Assembly (NCBI GenBank): GCA_028286585.1
Contig: JAQBRI010000008.1
Coordinates: 18,514-82,513 of the forward strand
Direction of reading: 5' to 3'
DNA: 64,000 nt
DNA from: Candidatus Kaiserbacteria bacterium
Lineage (GTDB): Bacteria > Patescibacteriota > Minisyncoccia > Phycocordibacterales > UBA2100
Within the stretch, counting starts at the first letter, position 1. Each line of letters starts with the position of its first letter. The translations under genes were made by a program, and so were the position numbers. The notes beneath the pieces were generated by a model. That model saw only the letters and a list, made by a program, of their open reading frames with translations, made no database searches and was not told the origin of the DNA. Below, in pieces: positions 37,440-44,849 of the stretch.

Positions 37440-38818
37440 AAACGACGCCATTTCAAATCATCCTTCTTTCGGTCTTTGGGGCAAGCGCCATAGTTGGCGT
37501 TCTTGTCTTTGCGATTCTTACCAGTACTGGTACACAATCAACTATCGGGCCCGTGGTTATTTGGGGCACGTTTGATAGTAAAAGTATTACCCAAATTATC
37601 CAAGATTCTTCGAACGGAGACGCAAACCTTGCATTGGTCACCTATGTGCAAAAAGATCCGGCAACTTATGAAGCAGATCTAACCCGCGCGCTTGCAAGCG
37701 GCACCGGCCCGGATCTCTTTATTATGAGTCAGGATCAAGCTATACAAGATGCGAGTGAGGTGTCGCTTATACCGTATGCCGAAATAAGTCAGTCTCAATA
37801 TCAAAAACTATTTATAAGTGCAACTTCACCATTTTTGCTGCAAGACGGCATTGTTGCACTCCCATTCATTGCAGATCCAATGGTGTTATTTTGGAATAAA
37901 GATTTGCTGGGAACTGCAGGTTTGACCGAGCCACCCGAATATTGGTCACAACTGTTTACTACTCCGATGCAATCGCTTACAGTCAAAGATGATGCCGGCT
38001 CGATTACACAAAGCCTGATTGCCTTGGGCGAGTATGGCAACATCGATCATGCCAAAGATATTGTGGCGACACTTATCATGCAGGTCGGTGGCGCTATTAC
38101 CACTCGTGATCCAGCGACTGGTGATTTGACTGGTTCATTGGGTAAAGCAGACTCCTCGGGTTCTCTGCAGGGCACTCCGGCCGAGTCGGCGTTGCGTTTT
38201 TATACTGAATTTGCAGACCCTTCAAAAGATTACTATTCGTGGAACCGTGCGCAGCAGCTTGCATCGATGGCGTTTGCTCAAGGTAATTCAGCGCTCTATC
38301 TGGGCTATGCGAGTGAGCAATCAGTTATCGAAAAACTCAATCCAAATTTAAAATTTGCCATTTCCCGCATTCCACAAAGTGGTACGACCCAAGGTCCTGT
38401 TACCACTGCACGCATCTATGCAATAGCTATCGCAAGAAATTCCCGTAACTTGGTTGGTGCAAAGACGATTGCATATACCTTGGTTTCGGCTCCCTTTTCA
38501 AACGCAATAGCAAATAGTTATGGCATGGTATCACCGCGCCGAGATGTGCTTACGCCAGGCGCCATAAAGGCTGCGCCTACCAGCGTTGATGCCAAGGTTA
38601 ACGCAGCGCGCGCACTCGCGTTTGCAAGCTCGACCCCTGATCAGGATGTAATTACACAGTCAGCAATTATTGCACAGGGGTGGAGCGACCCCGATCCAGT
38701 CAAGACGGATGATATATTTCGCGCTATGATAGAAGACACGACCAGTGGCGCCATGCTGTTTACAGAGGCTATCGGTCGTGCCAATTCCCAATTACTTGCT
38801 ATTATTGCTGGAAACTAA
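37436..38818 (+). CDS. membrane-anchored extracellular solute-binding protein family 1-like protein
   Basis: N-terminal TM. GTGPDLFI and PFIADPMVLFWNKDLLGTAGLTEPPEYWSQL resemble the SBP_bac_1 pattern (aPDvf; lPf..d..vlyYNKDlf). No ABC permease or ATPase nearby. Confidence 0.55.
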   Translation: MKTTPFQIILLSVFGASAIVGVLVFAILTSTGTQSTIGPVVIWGTFDSKSITQIIQDSSNGDANLALVTYVQKDPATYEADLTRALASGTGPDLFIMSQDQAIQDASEVSLIPYAEISQSQYQKLFISATSPFLLQDGIVALPFIADPMVLFWNKDLLGTAGLTEPPEYWSQLFTTPMQSLTVKDDAGSITQSLIALGEYGNIDHAKDIVATLIMQVGGAITTRDPATGDLTGSLGKADSSGSLQGTPAESALRFYTEFADPSKDYYSWNRAQQLASMAFAQGNSALYLGYASEQSVIEKLNPNLKFAISRIPQSGTTQGPVTTARIYAIAIARNSRNLVGAKTIAYTLVSAPFSNAIANSYGMVSPRRDVLTPGAIKAAPTSVDAKVNAARALAFASSTPDQDVITQSAIIAQGWSDPDPVKTDDIFRAMIEDTTSGAMLFTEAIGRANSQLLAIIAGN

Positions 38819-38826
38819 CACTAACT

Positions 38827-39195
38827 ATGATGACATACCTTAGACCGATGCGAGTAATTCTGTACTATGTTCCTGTACTCATTTTGTTTTTTATTGCAGC
38901 ACACGGCGTGCATGCAGAAACGACAGCCGGTAATCTTACCAATCCAATCAAGGTCACTTCTGTTTCCGATTTTCTTAAATCAATTTTTACTGTCATCACA
39001 CGGCTTGGTGTCATTGTAATAAGTGTTGCTATTGTATTTGTTGGATTTAAATTTATCGTGGCGCAGGGTAATCCAGAGGCACTCAAATCTGCTCGACGAA
39101 ACGCACTCTATGTATTCATTGGTGCGGCGATTGTCTTGGGTGCCGAGGTTATAACCGCAGTTCTGAGTGACACTGCCAATAAACTTTTGAGTTAA
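38827..39195 (+). CDS. TrbC/VirB2-like (T4SS-pilin-like) small secreted two-TM protein, paralog 1
   Basis: Signal peptide (cleavage after VHA), then two hydrophobic helices flanking FKFIVAQGNPEALKSARRNALYVFIGAAIVL (G-[DN]-P...K.......IG..I motif). Confidence 0.5.
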   Translation: MMTYLRPMRVILYYVPVLILFFIAAHGVHAETTAGNLTNPIKVTSVSDFLKSIFTVITRLGVIVISVAIVFVGFKFIVAQGNPEALKSARRNALYVFIGAAIVLGAEVITAVLSDTANKLLS

Positions 39196-39197
39196 AT

Positions 39198-39572
39198 ATG
39201 TACAACGCTGTTCAATCAATGATACAGATGCTGGTTCCACATATGGCATATGCTCAAAACGTGAGCGGCGGCGCTGCAACCACGTTTGCTTCACTTGCAA
39301 AAACAGTTGTCGGCCTTTTGAATACTGGTAGCGTTTTGCTAATTAGCGCCGTCTTGGTTTTGTATATGCTTGGCGGATTTATGCAGGTGTACGGAATTAG
39401 CCAAGGCAAGGTAAAAGGTTCAAGTATGACAAGCTATTTTGCATGGGGCATCGGTATACTTTTTGTAATGGTATCCATTTGGGGAATCGTACAATTCTTT
39501 CAATATACGCTTTTCAATGGCCCGTCTCCCAACTCATCCGACGGCGTAACGCCATATAGTCGCTCACTATGA
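39198..39572 (+). CDS. TrbC/VirB2-like small secreted two-TM protein, paralog 2
   Basis: Signal peptide (after AYA), two TM helices, central MQVYGISQGKVKGSSMTSYFAWGIGILFVMV. Confidence 0.45.
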   Translation: MYNAVQSMIQMLVPHMAYAQNVSGGAATTFASLAKTVVGLLNTGSVLLISAVLVLYMLGGFMQVYGISQGKVKGSSMTSYFAWGIGILFVMVSIWGIVQFFQYTLFNGPSPNSSDGVTPYSRSL

Positions 39573-39853
39573 ACAAGAGGCAGATTATCGGTCTGGTTGG
39601 ACTCACATTTCTTCCCTCGATCGCGCTTGCACAAACGGTCGCAGTATTTGCAGGGCTCGTAAATATTTGTATCGGAGTATTTTTTACCATATCGTTTGTA
39701 ATGTTTACAGGCGGAACTTTGGAATACTTGTTCCATCTGGGTATGCCTCACCGCGAACATGGTCTCGAAAAGATGCACTGGGGAGTTGTCATACTGGTTG
39801 TGGTACTTTTTTTGGTAGGAATTTCGCGTTTTTTGCAGCATTTTTTTGTCTAA
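39569..39853 (+). CDS. TrbC/VirB2-like small secreted two-TM protein, paralog 3
   Basis: Signal peptide (after ALA), two TM helices. Start overlaps the previous stop (ATGA). Confidence 0.4.
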   Translation: MNKRQIIGLVGLTFLPSIALAQTVAVFAGLVNICIGVFFTISFVMFTGGTLEYLFHLGMPHREHGLEKMHWGVVILVVVLFLVGISRFLQHFFV

Positions 39854-39939
39854 GATGTTGTCCACAGGCGTCAAATCTGCCTCTTGCAGAAGGGTAGACC
39901 CGGTATACAATGATGGGACTTACTATTAAATAGACATCT

Positions 39940-40320
39940 ATGCGCAGATACATCAGTTCAGTTGCTTTAAGTTCCGCAGTCGTTTTACTTCCTCTTGTCA
40001 CTTTTGCTCAAAACGTTACAGCAGCAAATCCTCAACAAGGTTTGTTTGGATTGGTAGGATTTTTTAACAGTCTTTTGAATGCGATAATCGTACTTCTTAT
40101 TACCGCAGCCGTTGTAGCCATCTTTTACTGGGGTGTTCGCTTGCTCATGGCAAGTGGTGATGCAGAAAGTCGAAAAGCAGCTCTTGAAGGCATGATGTAC
40201 GGTGTTATAGCACTTGCAGTAATGGTTTCTATTTGGGGATTGGTCAAATTCTTGCAATCGACACTCGGAATCAGTAATAGTACTGCAGCACAGGCACCTT
40301 CGGTCCTCAACATTAAATAG
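39940..40320 (+). CDS. TrbC/VirB2-like small secreted two-TM protein, paralog 4
   Basis: Signal peptide (after TFA), two TM helices flanking VRLLMASGDAESRKAALEGMMYGVIALAVMV. Confidence 0.5.
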   Translation: MRRYISSVALSSAVVLLPLVTFAQNVTAANPQQGLFGLVGFFNSLLNAIIVLLITAAVVAIFYWGVRLLMASGDAESRKAALEGMMYGVIALAVMVSIWGLVKFLQSTLGISNSTAAQAPSVLNIK

Positions 40321-40339
40321 ACAGGTACACTCTTGAGCT

Positions 40340-40624
40340 ATGGACGTTATAGACACATTGCTCTACAAAATATCCACCATTATTATCTATCCGATAATGG
40401 TGGTTGTTTTTGCGGCAGGATTTTTTATGTTTATGTTTGGATTATTTAAGTTTATGCTCAATCTGAGTCAGGGAAGCAAATCAGCTGACGATGGCAAGCA
40501 GCATATGCTGTGGGGTACCGTTGGTATGGTTATTATGGTTTCGGGATATGGCATTGTTCAGCTTATAGACAATACCGTGCATTCAACAGGTACCGGTGTA
40601 TCACAGAGTATCAATAATCCTTAG
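40340..40624 (+). CDS. TrbC/VirB2-like small two-TM protein, paralog 5 (no cleavable signal peptide evident)
   Basis: Two TM helices flanking FKFMLNLSQGSKSADDGKQHMLWGTVGMVIMV. Confidence 0.4.
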   Translation: MDVIDTLLYKISTIIIYPIMVVVFAAGFFMFMFGLFKFMLNLSQGSKSADDGKQHMLWGTVGMVIMVSGYGIVQLIDNTVHSTGTGVSQSINNP

Positions 40625-40686
40625 TGTGCTGGAAGAGAGACTTGGTCACGAATATTTTTTGTGCCGTCGCACAAAAAATTTCTCGA

Positions 40687-40733
40687 CCCCAGCTCGCGGT
40701 CTCGTCTGCTGACTCGACATCGCTCCGCTTTTC
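40687..40733 (-). repeat. 45-nt tRNA-trailer-associated element, copy a (downstream of tRNA-Leu-TAG)
   Basis: Plus strand ccccagctcgcggtctcgtctgctgactcgacatcgctccgcttttc. Identical to the copies at 44392-44438 and 58585-58631 (one mismatch in the latter). Flanked by two hairpins. Confidence 0.85.
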
Positions 40734-40797
40734 AAGCCTCTCGCGTACCGTGCCCGAGCACGGTACTTTCCTGCCCAGTACTCACTTCGTTCGTCTG

Positions 40798-40879
40798 TGC
40801 TGGAAGAGAGACTTGAACTCTCATGGGTTGCCCCACATGCTCCTAAGGCATGCGCGTATACCAATTCCGCCATTCCAGC
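40798..40879 (-). tRNA. tRNA-Leu (anticodon TAG)
   Basis: Acceptor GCTGGAA/TTCCAGC, TGGCGGAATTGGTA D-arm, anticodon loop CTTAGGA, long variable arm, GAGAG-TTCAAGT-CTCTC T-arm, discriminator A. Confidence 0.8.
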
Positions 40880-41045
40880 ATTCACGAGTATTGTACACCA
40901 AGTATCGCACTATCAAAATTTATACACAGGCCAGTACTGGCAAATTGCCTAGGATGTGCGATATACTGTATAGGTTACTCGTTATCACAGAGATTCTATG
41001 TTATACGGCAAGCACTAAGCCACCTGAACCCCACCCGGGGTTCTT

Positions 41046-42278
41046 TTGGTGTGTTATAGAGGTATACTATTCTGTATGACACATGGGAAACCTAGGTTAA
41101 CAGTCTGTGAAGCCTGCGGTATTTCTCCGGTTAATCACTCCAAGCAATATATAAGTAGCGGTGCAGACAGTCTGACGTCTTCGGCTCTGTATTTTACTTA
41201 TCAAGTTAAGCCGCTGCAAAAAATTCTTTCACTCAACGAATCACTCAAGCGTCTTTGTGTGAGGACAGTGTTTGCGGTTGCCATATGGTTGGGAGTTATC
41301 AAACTTGATTCAAATATACCGACGCTTGATTCCACTCGCACTAAAGTTGTTATCGACGAAGCAAAAAAGCTTGGCATATCAGTCGAGCAGATGATTTTTG
41401 ACGGACGACGTACCGACAGATTTCGCGCGCTTGTACAAGGCAAACATATTTATTTTGAAAGCTTACCAATTCCAGATGGGCGAGGAAGTCTCGCGTACTT
41501 GTGGATGGATGATAAGTATTTGCTTAAGAAGTTTTTTGTACGACATTCCATACCGGTGCCGTTTGTACAAAGTCATACCTCATTACAGGATATTAAGAAT
41601 TTTTTTGATAACCCTACCGTACCACGTACCGTGATCGTCAAACCACGTTTTGGTTCTCTCGATCGACACACAACCACACGTATTAGTACCCAAAATGAAC
41701 TTGAGAGGGCATTTGTAAGTGCACAGCTCATATGTCCGCAAGTGTGTATAGAAGAGCATCTTGAAGGCGGTGTTAGTCGCGCGACGTGCATAGACGGAAA
41801 GCTTGAAGGATTTTTTACTGCAGATGCTCCGTATGTCATGGGTGATGGAATACGTTCGATCGAAGAGTTGATCAGAGAGATAAATATTTCAAAACCAGAT
41901 CGTCTTGGAGACGTTATTGTTTCTTCAGAAATTATTGGATACCTTTCGCGCACAAACTTTACTATTAATTCTGTTCCCAAAGCAGGACAACGTGTTCAGT
42001 TGTCGCACTATGCAGGCAGACAATTTGGGGGCTATACGCGGGAAATATTGCCAACAGTACATCCTGACCTTCGTGCACAGATAGAGCGTGCTGCATGCGT
42101 TTTGGGGGTATCAGTAGTGGGATTTGATCTCATTATTCCTGATCCAGAACAGGATCCAGCACAGCAAAAATGGGGAATAATAGAAGCAAATAGTTTGCCG
42201 TTTATTGATTTGCATTACTATGCGCTCGTAGGTCATTCAAACCCCGCAAAGGCGTTGTGGGAGTTGTGGTTGAGATAG
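41046..42278 (+). CDS. ATP-grasp ligase resembling the N-terminal ATP-grasp module of cyanophycin synthetase / RimK
   Basis: RTVIVKPRFGS...VMGDGIRSIEELIREINISKPDRLGDVIV...QLSHYAGRQFGGYTREILPTVHPD...VVGFDLIIPD...WGIIEANSLPFI. No Mur-ligase domain. Start uncertain. Confidence 0.55.
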   Translation: MVCYRGILFCMTHGKPRLTVCEACGISPVNHSKQYISSGADSLTSSALYFTYQVKPLQKILSLNESLKRLCVRTVFAVAIWLGVIKLDSNIPTLDSTRTKVVIDEAKKLGISVEQMIFDGRRTDRFRALVQGKHIYFESLPIPDGRGSLAYLWMDDKYLLKKFFVRHSIPVPFVQSHTSLQDIKNFFDNPTVPRTVIVKPRFGSLDRHTTTRISTQNELERAFVSAQLICPQVCIEEHLEGGVSRATCIDGKLEGFFTADAPYVMGDGIRSIEELIREINISKPDRLGDVIVSSEIIGYLSRTNFTINSVPKAGQRVQLSHYAGRQFGGYTREILPTVHPDLRAQIERAACVLGVSVVGFDLIIPDPEQDPAQQKWGIIEANSLPFIDLHYYALVGHSNPAKALWELWLR

Positions 42279-42383
42279 GGGGTGTACGGTTGGATTCGCC
42301 CGGAATAATTTTTCTTGTTTGTCGTCACGAATCACTCCACTAAAATTCTTCGCACCCGCTCGAATTGTAGATAAGTGTTCGCG

Positions 42384-42436
42384 ACCCCACCTCGCGGTTT
42401 TGCCTCAAGAAGATCGACAAAACATCGCTCCGGTTC
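42384..42436 (-). repeat. degenerate copy d of the tRNA-trailer element (downstream of tRNA-Lys)
   Basis: ccccacctcgcgg...acatcgctccggttc shares both ends (ggagcgatgt ... ccgcgag.tgggg) with copies a-c. A terminator hairpin (42450-42471) lies between it and the tRNA. Confidence 0.6.
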
Positions 42437-42447
42437 GGACAAACTAA

Positions 42448-42472
42448 AAACCTGCAGTAGTGCAGGTTTTCT
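42448..42472. terminator. rho-independent terminator hairpin
   Basis: aaaaacctgcagtagtgcaggttttc: an 8-bp stem flanked by an A-run and a T-run. Confidence 0.65.
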
Positions 42473-42481
42473 TAACGTTTG

Positions 42482-42554
42482 TCCGCCCGGTTGGATTCGA
42501 ACCAACGACCGTTCGCTTAAGAGGCGACTGCTCTACCAACTGAGCTACGGGCGG
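42482..42554 (-). tRNA. tRNA-Lys (anticodon CTT)
   Basis: Reverse complement CCGCCCG-TA-GCTCAGTTGGTAGAGC...anticodon loop CTCTTAA...GTTGG-TTCGAAT-CCAAC-CGGGCGG-A. Unusual C1:G72 pair, and one G.A at the top of the anticodon stem. Confidence 0.7.
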
Positions 42555-42587
42555 GATGCTGCGTATTGTACACGAAATATGGCATTT

Positions 42588-44123
42588 TCAAATAGAAAAC
42601 AGGCCAAGGGTATTGTGTTTATATTTCCATATCGAAAGGGTTGTATACATTTTTTGAAATAGTGAAAGGGAGGCCGTGTCTCGATACACGTTTACGAGAA
42701 TCATGCCGGAGTCATTAAGGTTTTTCTTGAGAGATATCACAAAATCCTCTTTATTTAAAAGAGGTGATGCTCCTGTATCCGTAAAAATATCGACGACGAT
42801 TAAGTCATACGTTTCTTGTAGTTTTGCCATTATCTCGGCAGCGTCGCCTTCGATGATCGTGGGCTCCTTATATGGCTTAAACATTTGCATAGTCCGAGTA
42901 AGCGCAATCATGGCAGGATCAATTTCTATTGCGGTAATTGTGCATTCTGGCAGTTGTTTATAAAACTCAATCACAGCGCCTCCGGTGCCCAGGCCAAGCA
43001 TTAATACTTTTGCCTGCGTTCTCGGAATACGACCATACTTTTTGATGTGTTTGAGTGCTTTTTTCCACATTGTATTGATATATTGCGAAGTCTGATACAC
43101 GTCTCCGGTTCGCACACGCACATCGCTTCCTACCCGATCTACATAAATAGTAGAATGAACCGAGGATGCAATTGCCCGTTCGGGCGAATGGTAATCCTTG
43201 TTCAGTGGATTGTTCATGTACAAATACTGAACAAAATCCTCAATGCGCTTAATAACTCCAACAGCGGCAAAATGGTACGCAATAGGAGAGGAAATAAAAT
43301 AGTGAGTACCAAATTTGGATTTGAATTCCGAAAATCCTTTCCATGACGCAGGGTCACCCTTTTTCCAAAAGACGCCAAAATCAATATACCTGCATCCTCG
43401 TGCCTGTGAGTGCATAAACCAATAATCAAACATGCCAACCATTAGTGGGACTTTTGATGACTCTGTCGCATAAAAGCCGTTCAAATAATACGTCGATTTG
43501 CACGACTCCGAATACTCGACAGCCATACCCGCAACATATATATTTGTCGACACATCACGAATACCCCATAGATATACAGGCGTAGTTGCTGCCTCGAGTC
43601 GTTTGCGGACTTCTTCGAGTAAAAATGCTCCCACGTGCTTTCCAACATGACTCTGCATATAGGAGTGCTTAAATTGCTCGTAGTTAATAGGCTCAATAAT
43701 ATGCGTTTTGCCCAAGTGGCTGCGCAGCCACTTTGTACGATATTCCTGAGATCGGCGACTCCATGCTTTGTAATAGGGAACAGAATCTTCTATGAGCGCA
43801 TAGCCACCCTTGTAGTCGGGATCAGGCTTTAAGATAAACCAACCCTTTGGCAATGGCCGAGAAGTATCAAACATTCGCCACATAATCACTCTGTTATGCG
43901 GTTTGCCCTCCGTATTTGAGATATCCAAATCAGGCGGAGTACTGCCTGCATAAATTTCTACATAGAAAGGCCAGAAACCATATCGCGTTCCACGTGGATT
44001 CGTACCGATGTTCTCAGGATTCATCCACGATGGAATATTATTTTTTACATTATATTCGGGCCATGCACTGCGCGGAGTGAATGCCGGCATTTTTTCTGAT
44101 GGAACTTTTTCGCTATGACTCAT
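42588..44123 (-). CDS. fusion protein: N-terminal ~330-aa domain of uncertain family (possibly FemAB/GNAT-like acyltransferase) plus C-terminal spermidine-synthase-like (PABS) Rossmann domain
   Basis: C-terminus VLMLGLGTGGAVIEF...ITAIEIDPAMI...DLIVVDIFTD matches the PABS pattern (VLiiGgGdGg...DviivDssdp). N-terminal family not assignable by eye. Start at MSHSEK (44123) abuts the tRNA 3' end; MPAFTPR (44090) is an alternative. The track ORF to 44213 reads through the tRNA. Confidence 0.5.
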   Translation of the reverse strand: MSHSEKVPSEKMPAFTPRSAWPEYNVKNNIPSWMNPENIGTNPRGTRYGFWPFYVEIYAGSTPPDLDISNTEGKPHNRVIMWRMFDTSRPLPKGWFILKPDPDYKGGYALIEDSVPYYKAWSRRSQEYRTKWLRSHLGKTHIIEPINYEQFKHSYMQSHVGKHVGAFLLEEVRKRLEAATTPVYLWGIRDVSTNIYVAGMAVEYSESCKSTYYLNGFYATESSKVPLMVGMFDYWFMHSQARGCRYIDFGVFWKKGDPASWKGFSEFKSKFGTHYFISSPIAYHFAAVGVIKRIEDFVQYLYMNNPLNKDYHSPERAIASSVHSTIYVDRVGSDVRVRTGDVYQTSQYINTMWKKALKHIKKYGRIPRTQAKVLMLGLGTGGAVIEFYKQLPECTITAIEIDPAMIALTRTMQMFKPYKEPTIIEGDAAEIMAKLQETYDLIVVDIFTDTGASPLLNKEDFVISLKKNLNDSGMILVNVYRDTASLSLFQKMYTTLSIWKYKHNTLGLFSI

Positions 44124-44124
44124 G

Positions 44125-44211
44125 TGCCGGGAGTGGGACTCGAACCCACACGCCCATGTTACTGTGCAAGAGATTTTAAGTCTCTGGTGTCTACCATTCC
44201 ACCATCCCGGC
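44125..44211 (-). tRNA. tRNA-Leu (anticodon TAA)
   Basis: GCCGGGA-TG-GTGGAATGGTAGACAC..anticodon loop CTTAAAA..long variable arm..GGTTCGAGTCC..TCCCGGC-A. Confidence 0.8.
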
Positions 44212-44284
44212 ATACATCTCTTTTTGGATCGAGATAGGGTACATAATACGATACTTTATGCTAAAATACACGAGCATTCATACC

Positions 44285-44356
44285 GGCCTGGTGGTGAAGA
44301 GGTAACACAGGAGTCTGCAAAACTTTTATGCGCGGGTTCGATTCCCGCCCAGGCCT
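44285..44356 (+). tRNA. tRNA-Cys (anticodon GCA)
   Basis: GGCCTGG acceptor, anticodon loop CTGCAAA, T-arm GCGGG-TTCGATT-CCCGC, CCAGGCC, discriminator T. The anticodon stem has 2 GU pairs. Confidence 0.75.
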
Positions 44357-44391
44357 CTAGACACAACATCTGCATGTTGTGGCTGCGGGAA

Positions 44392-44438
44392 TCGAAAAGC
44401 GGAGCGATGTCGAGTCAGCAGACGAGACCGCGAGCTGG
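44392..44438 (+). repeat. 45-nt tRNA-trailer-associated element, copy b (downstream of tRNA-Cys)
   Basis: gaaaagcggagcgatgtcgagtcagcagacgagaccgcgagctgggg. Followed at 44461-44495 by a degenerate duplicate of the tRNA-Cys T-arm/acceptor 3' half (ggttcgag...ccgcccaggcc). Confidence 0.85.
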
Positions 44439-44506
44439 GGCTGCGACCGAGCCGAAGCGACGGCGAGGTTCGAGTTGTAGCCGATTCAATACCGCCCAGG
44501 CCCCAT

Positions 44507-44833
44507 TTACGACCTTGTCAGTTCATCGATACGTAATCGATTCTTCTCTCCTTCATCGATAAGAAAATCCACCGTAGGCGCACGTCCCATACGTGTATGC
44601 TTGTTTATATACATTCGAAATTCAGCGCGTGATCGTCGGGCAAAATGCAATACCGAATCCTCGGATTCAACCGGCAGGACCGACAAATAAATATTTGCTT
44701 TGTGCATGTCGGGAGACAGATCGGTGCGCGTGACCGTTATGAGTGAAGTGCCATTGCTTTCACGTGCAAAATATTCCGCAGCTGTCTGCGTCAAAAGTTC
44801 TGTAATCTGTGTATGTCGATTTGGGCTTTTCAT
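44507..44833 (-). CDS. rbfA: ribosome-binding factor A
   Basis: LITVTRTDLSPDMHKANIYLSV pattern. Immediately downstream of infB, the conserved order. Confidence 0.85.
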   Translation of the reverse strand: MKSPNRHTQITELLTQTAAEYFARESNGTSLITVTRTDLSPDMHKANIYLSVLPVESEDSVLHFARRSRAEFRMYINKHTRMGRAPTVDFLIDEGEKNRLRIDELTRS

Positions 44834-44849
44834 AGGAATAGTAAAACTG

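Noticed and set aside
42588-44213. Track ORF extends 30 codons further upstream (MPGWWNGRHQRLKISCTVTWACGFESHSRH...)
   Set aside because: Those codons are the same-strand sequence of tRNA-Leu-TAA (44125-44211). The real CDS must start at or after 44123.
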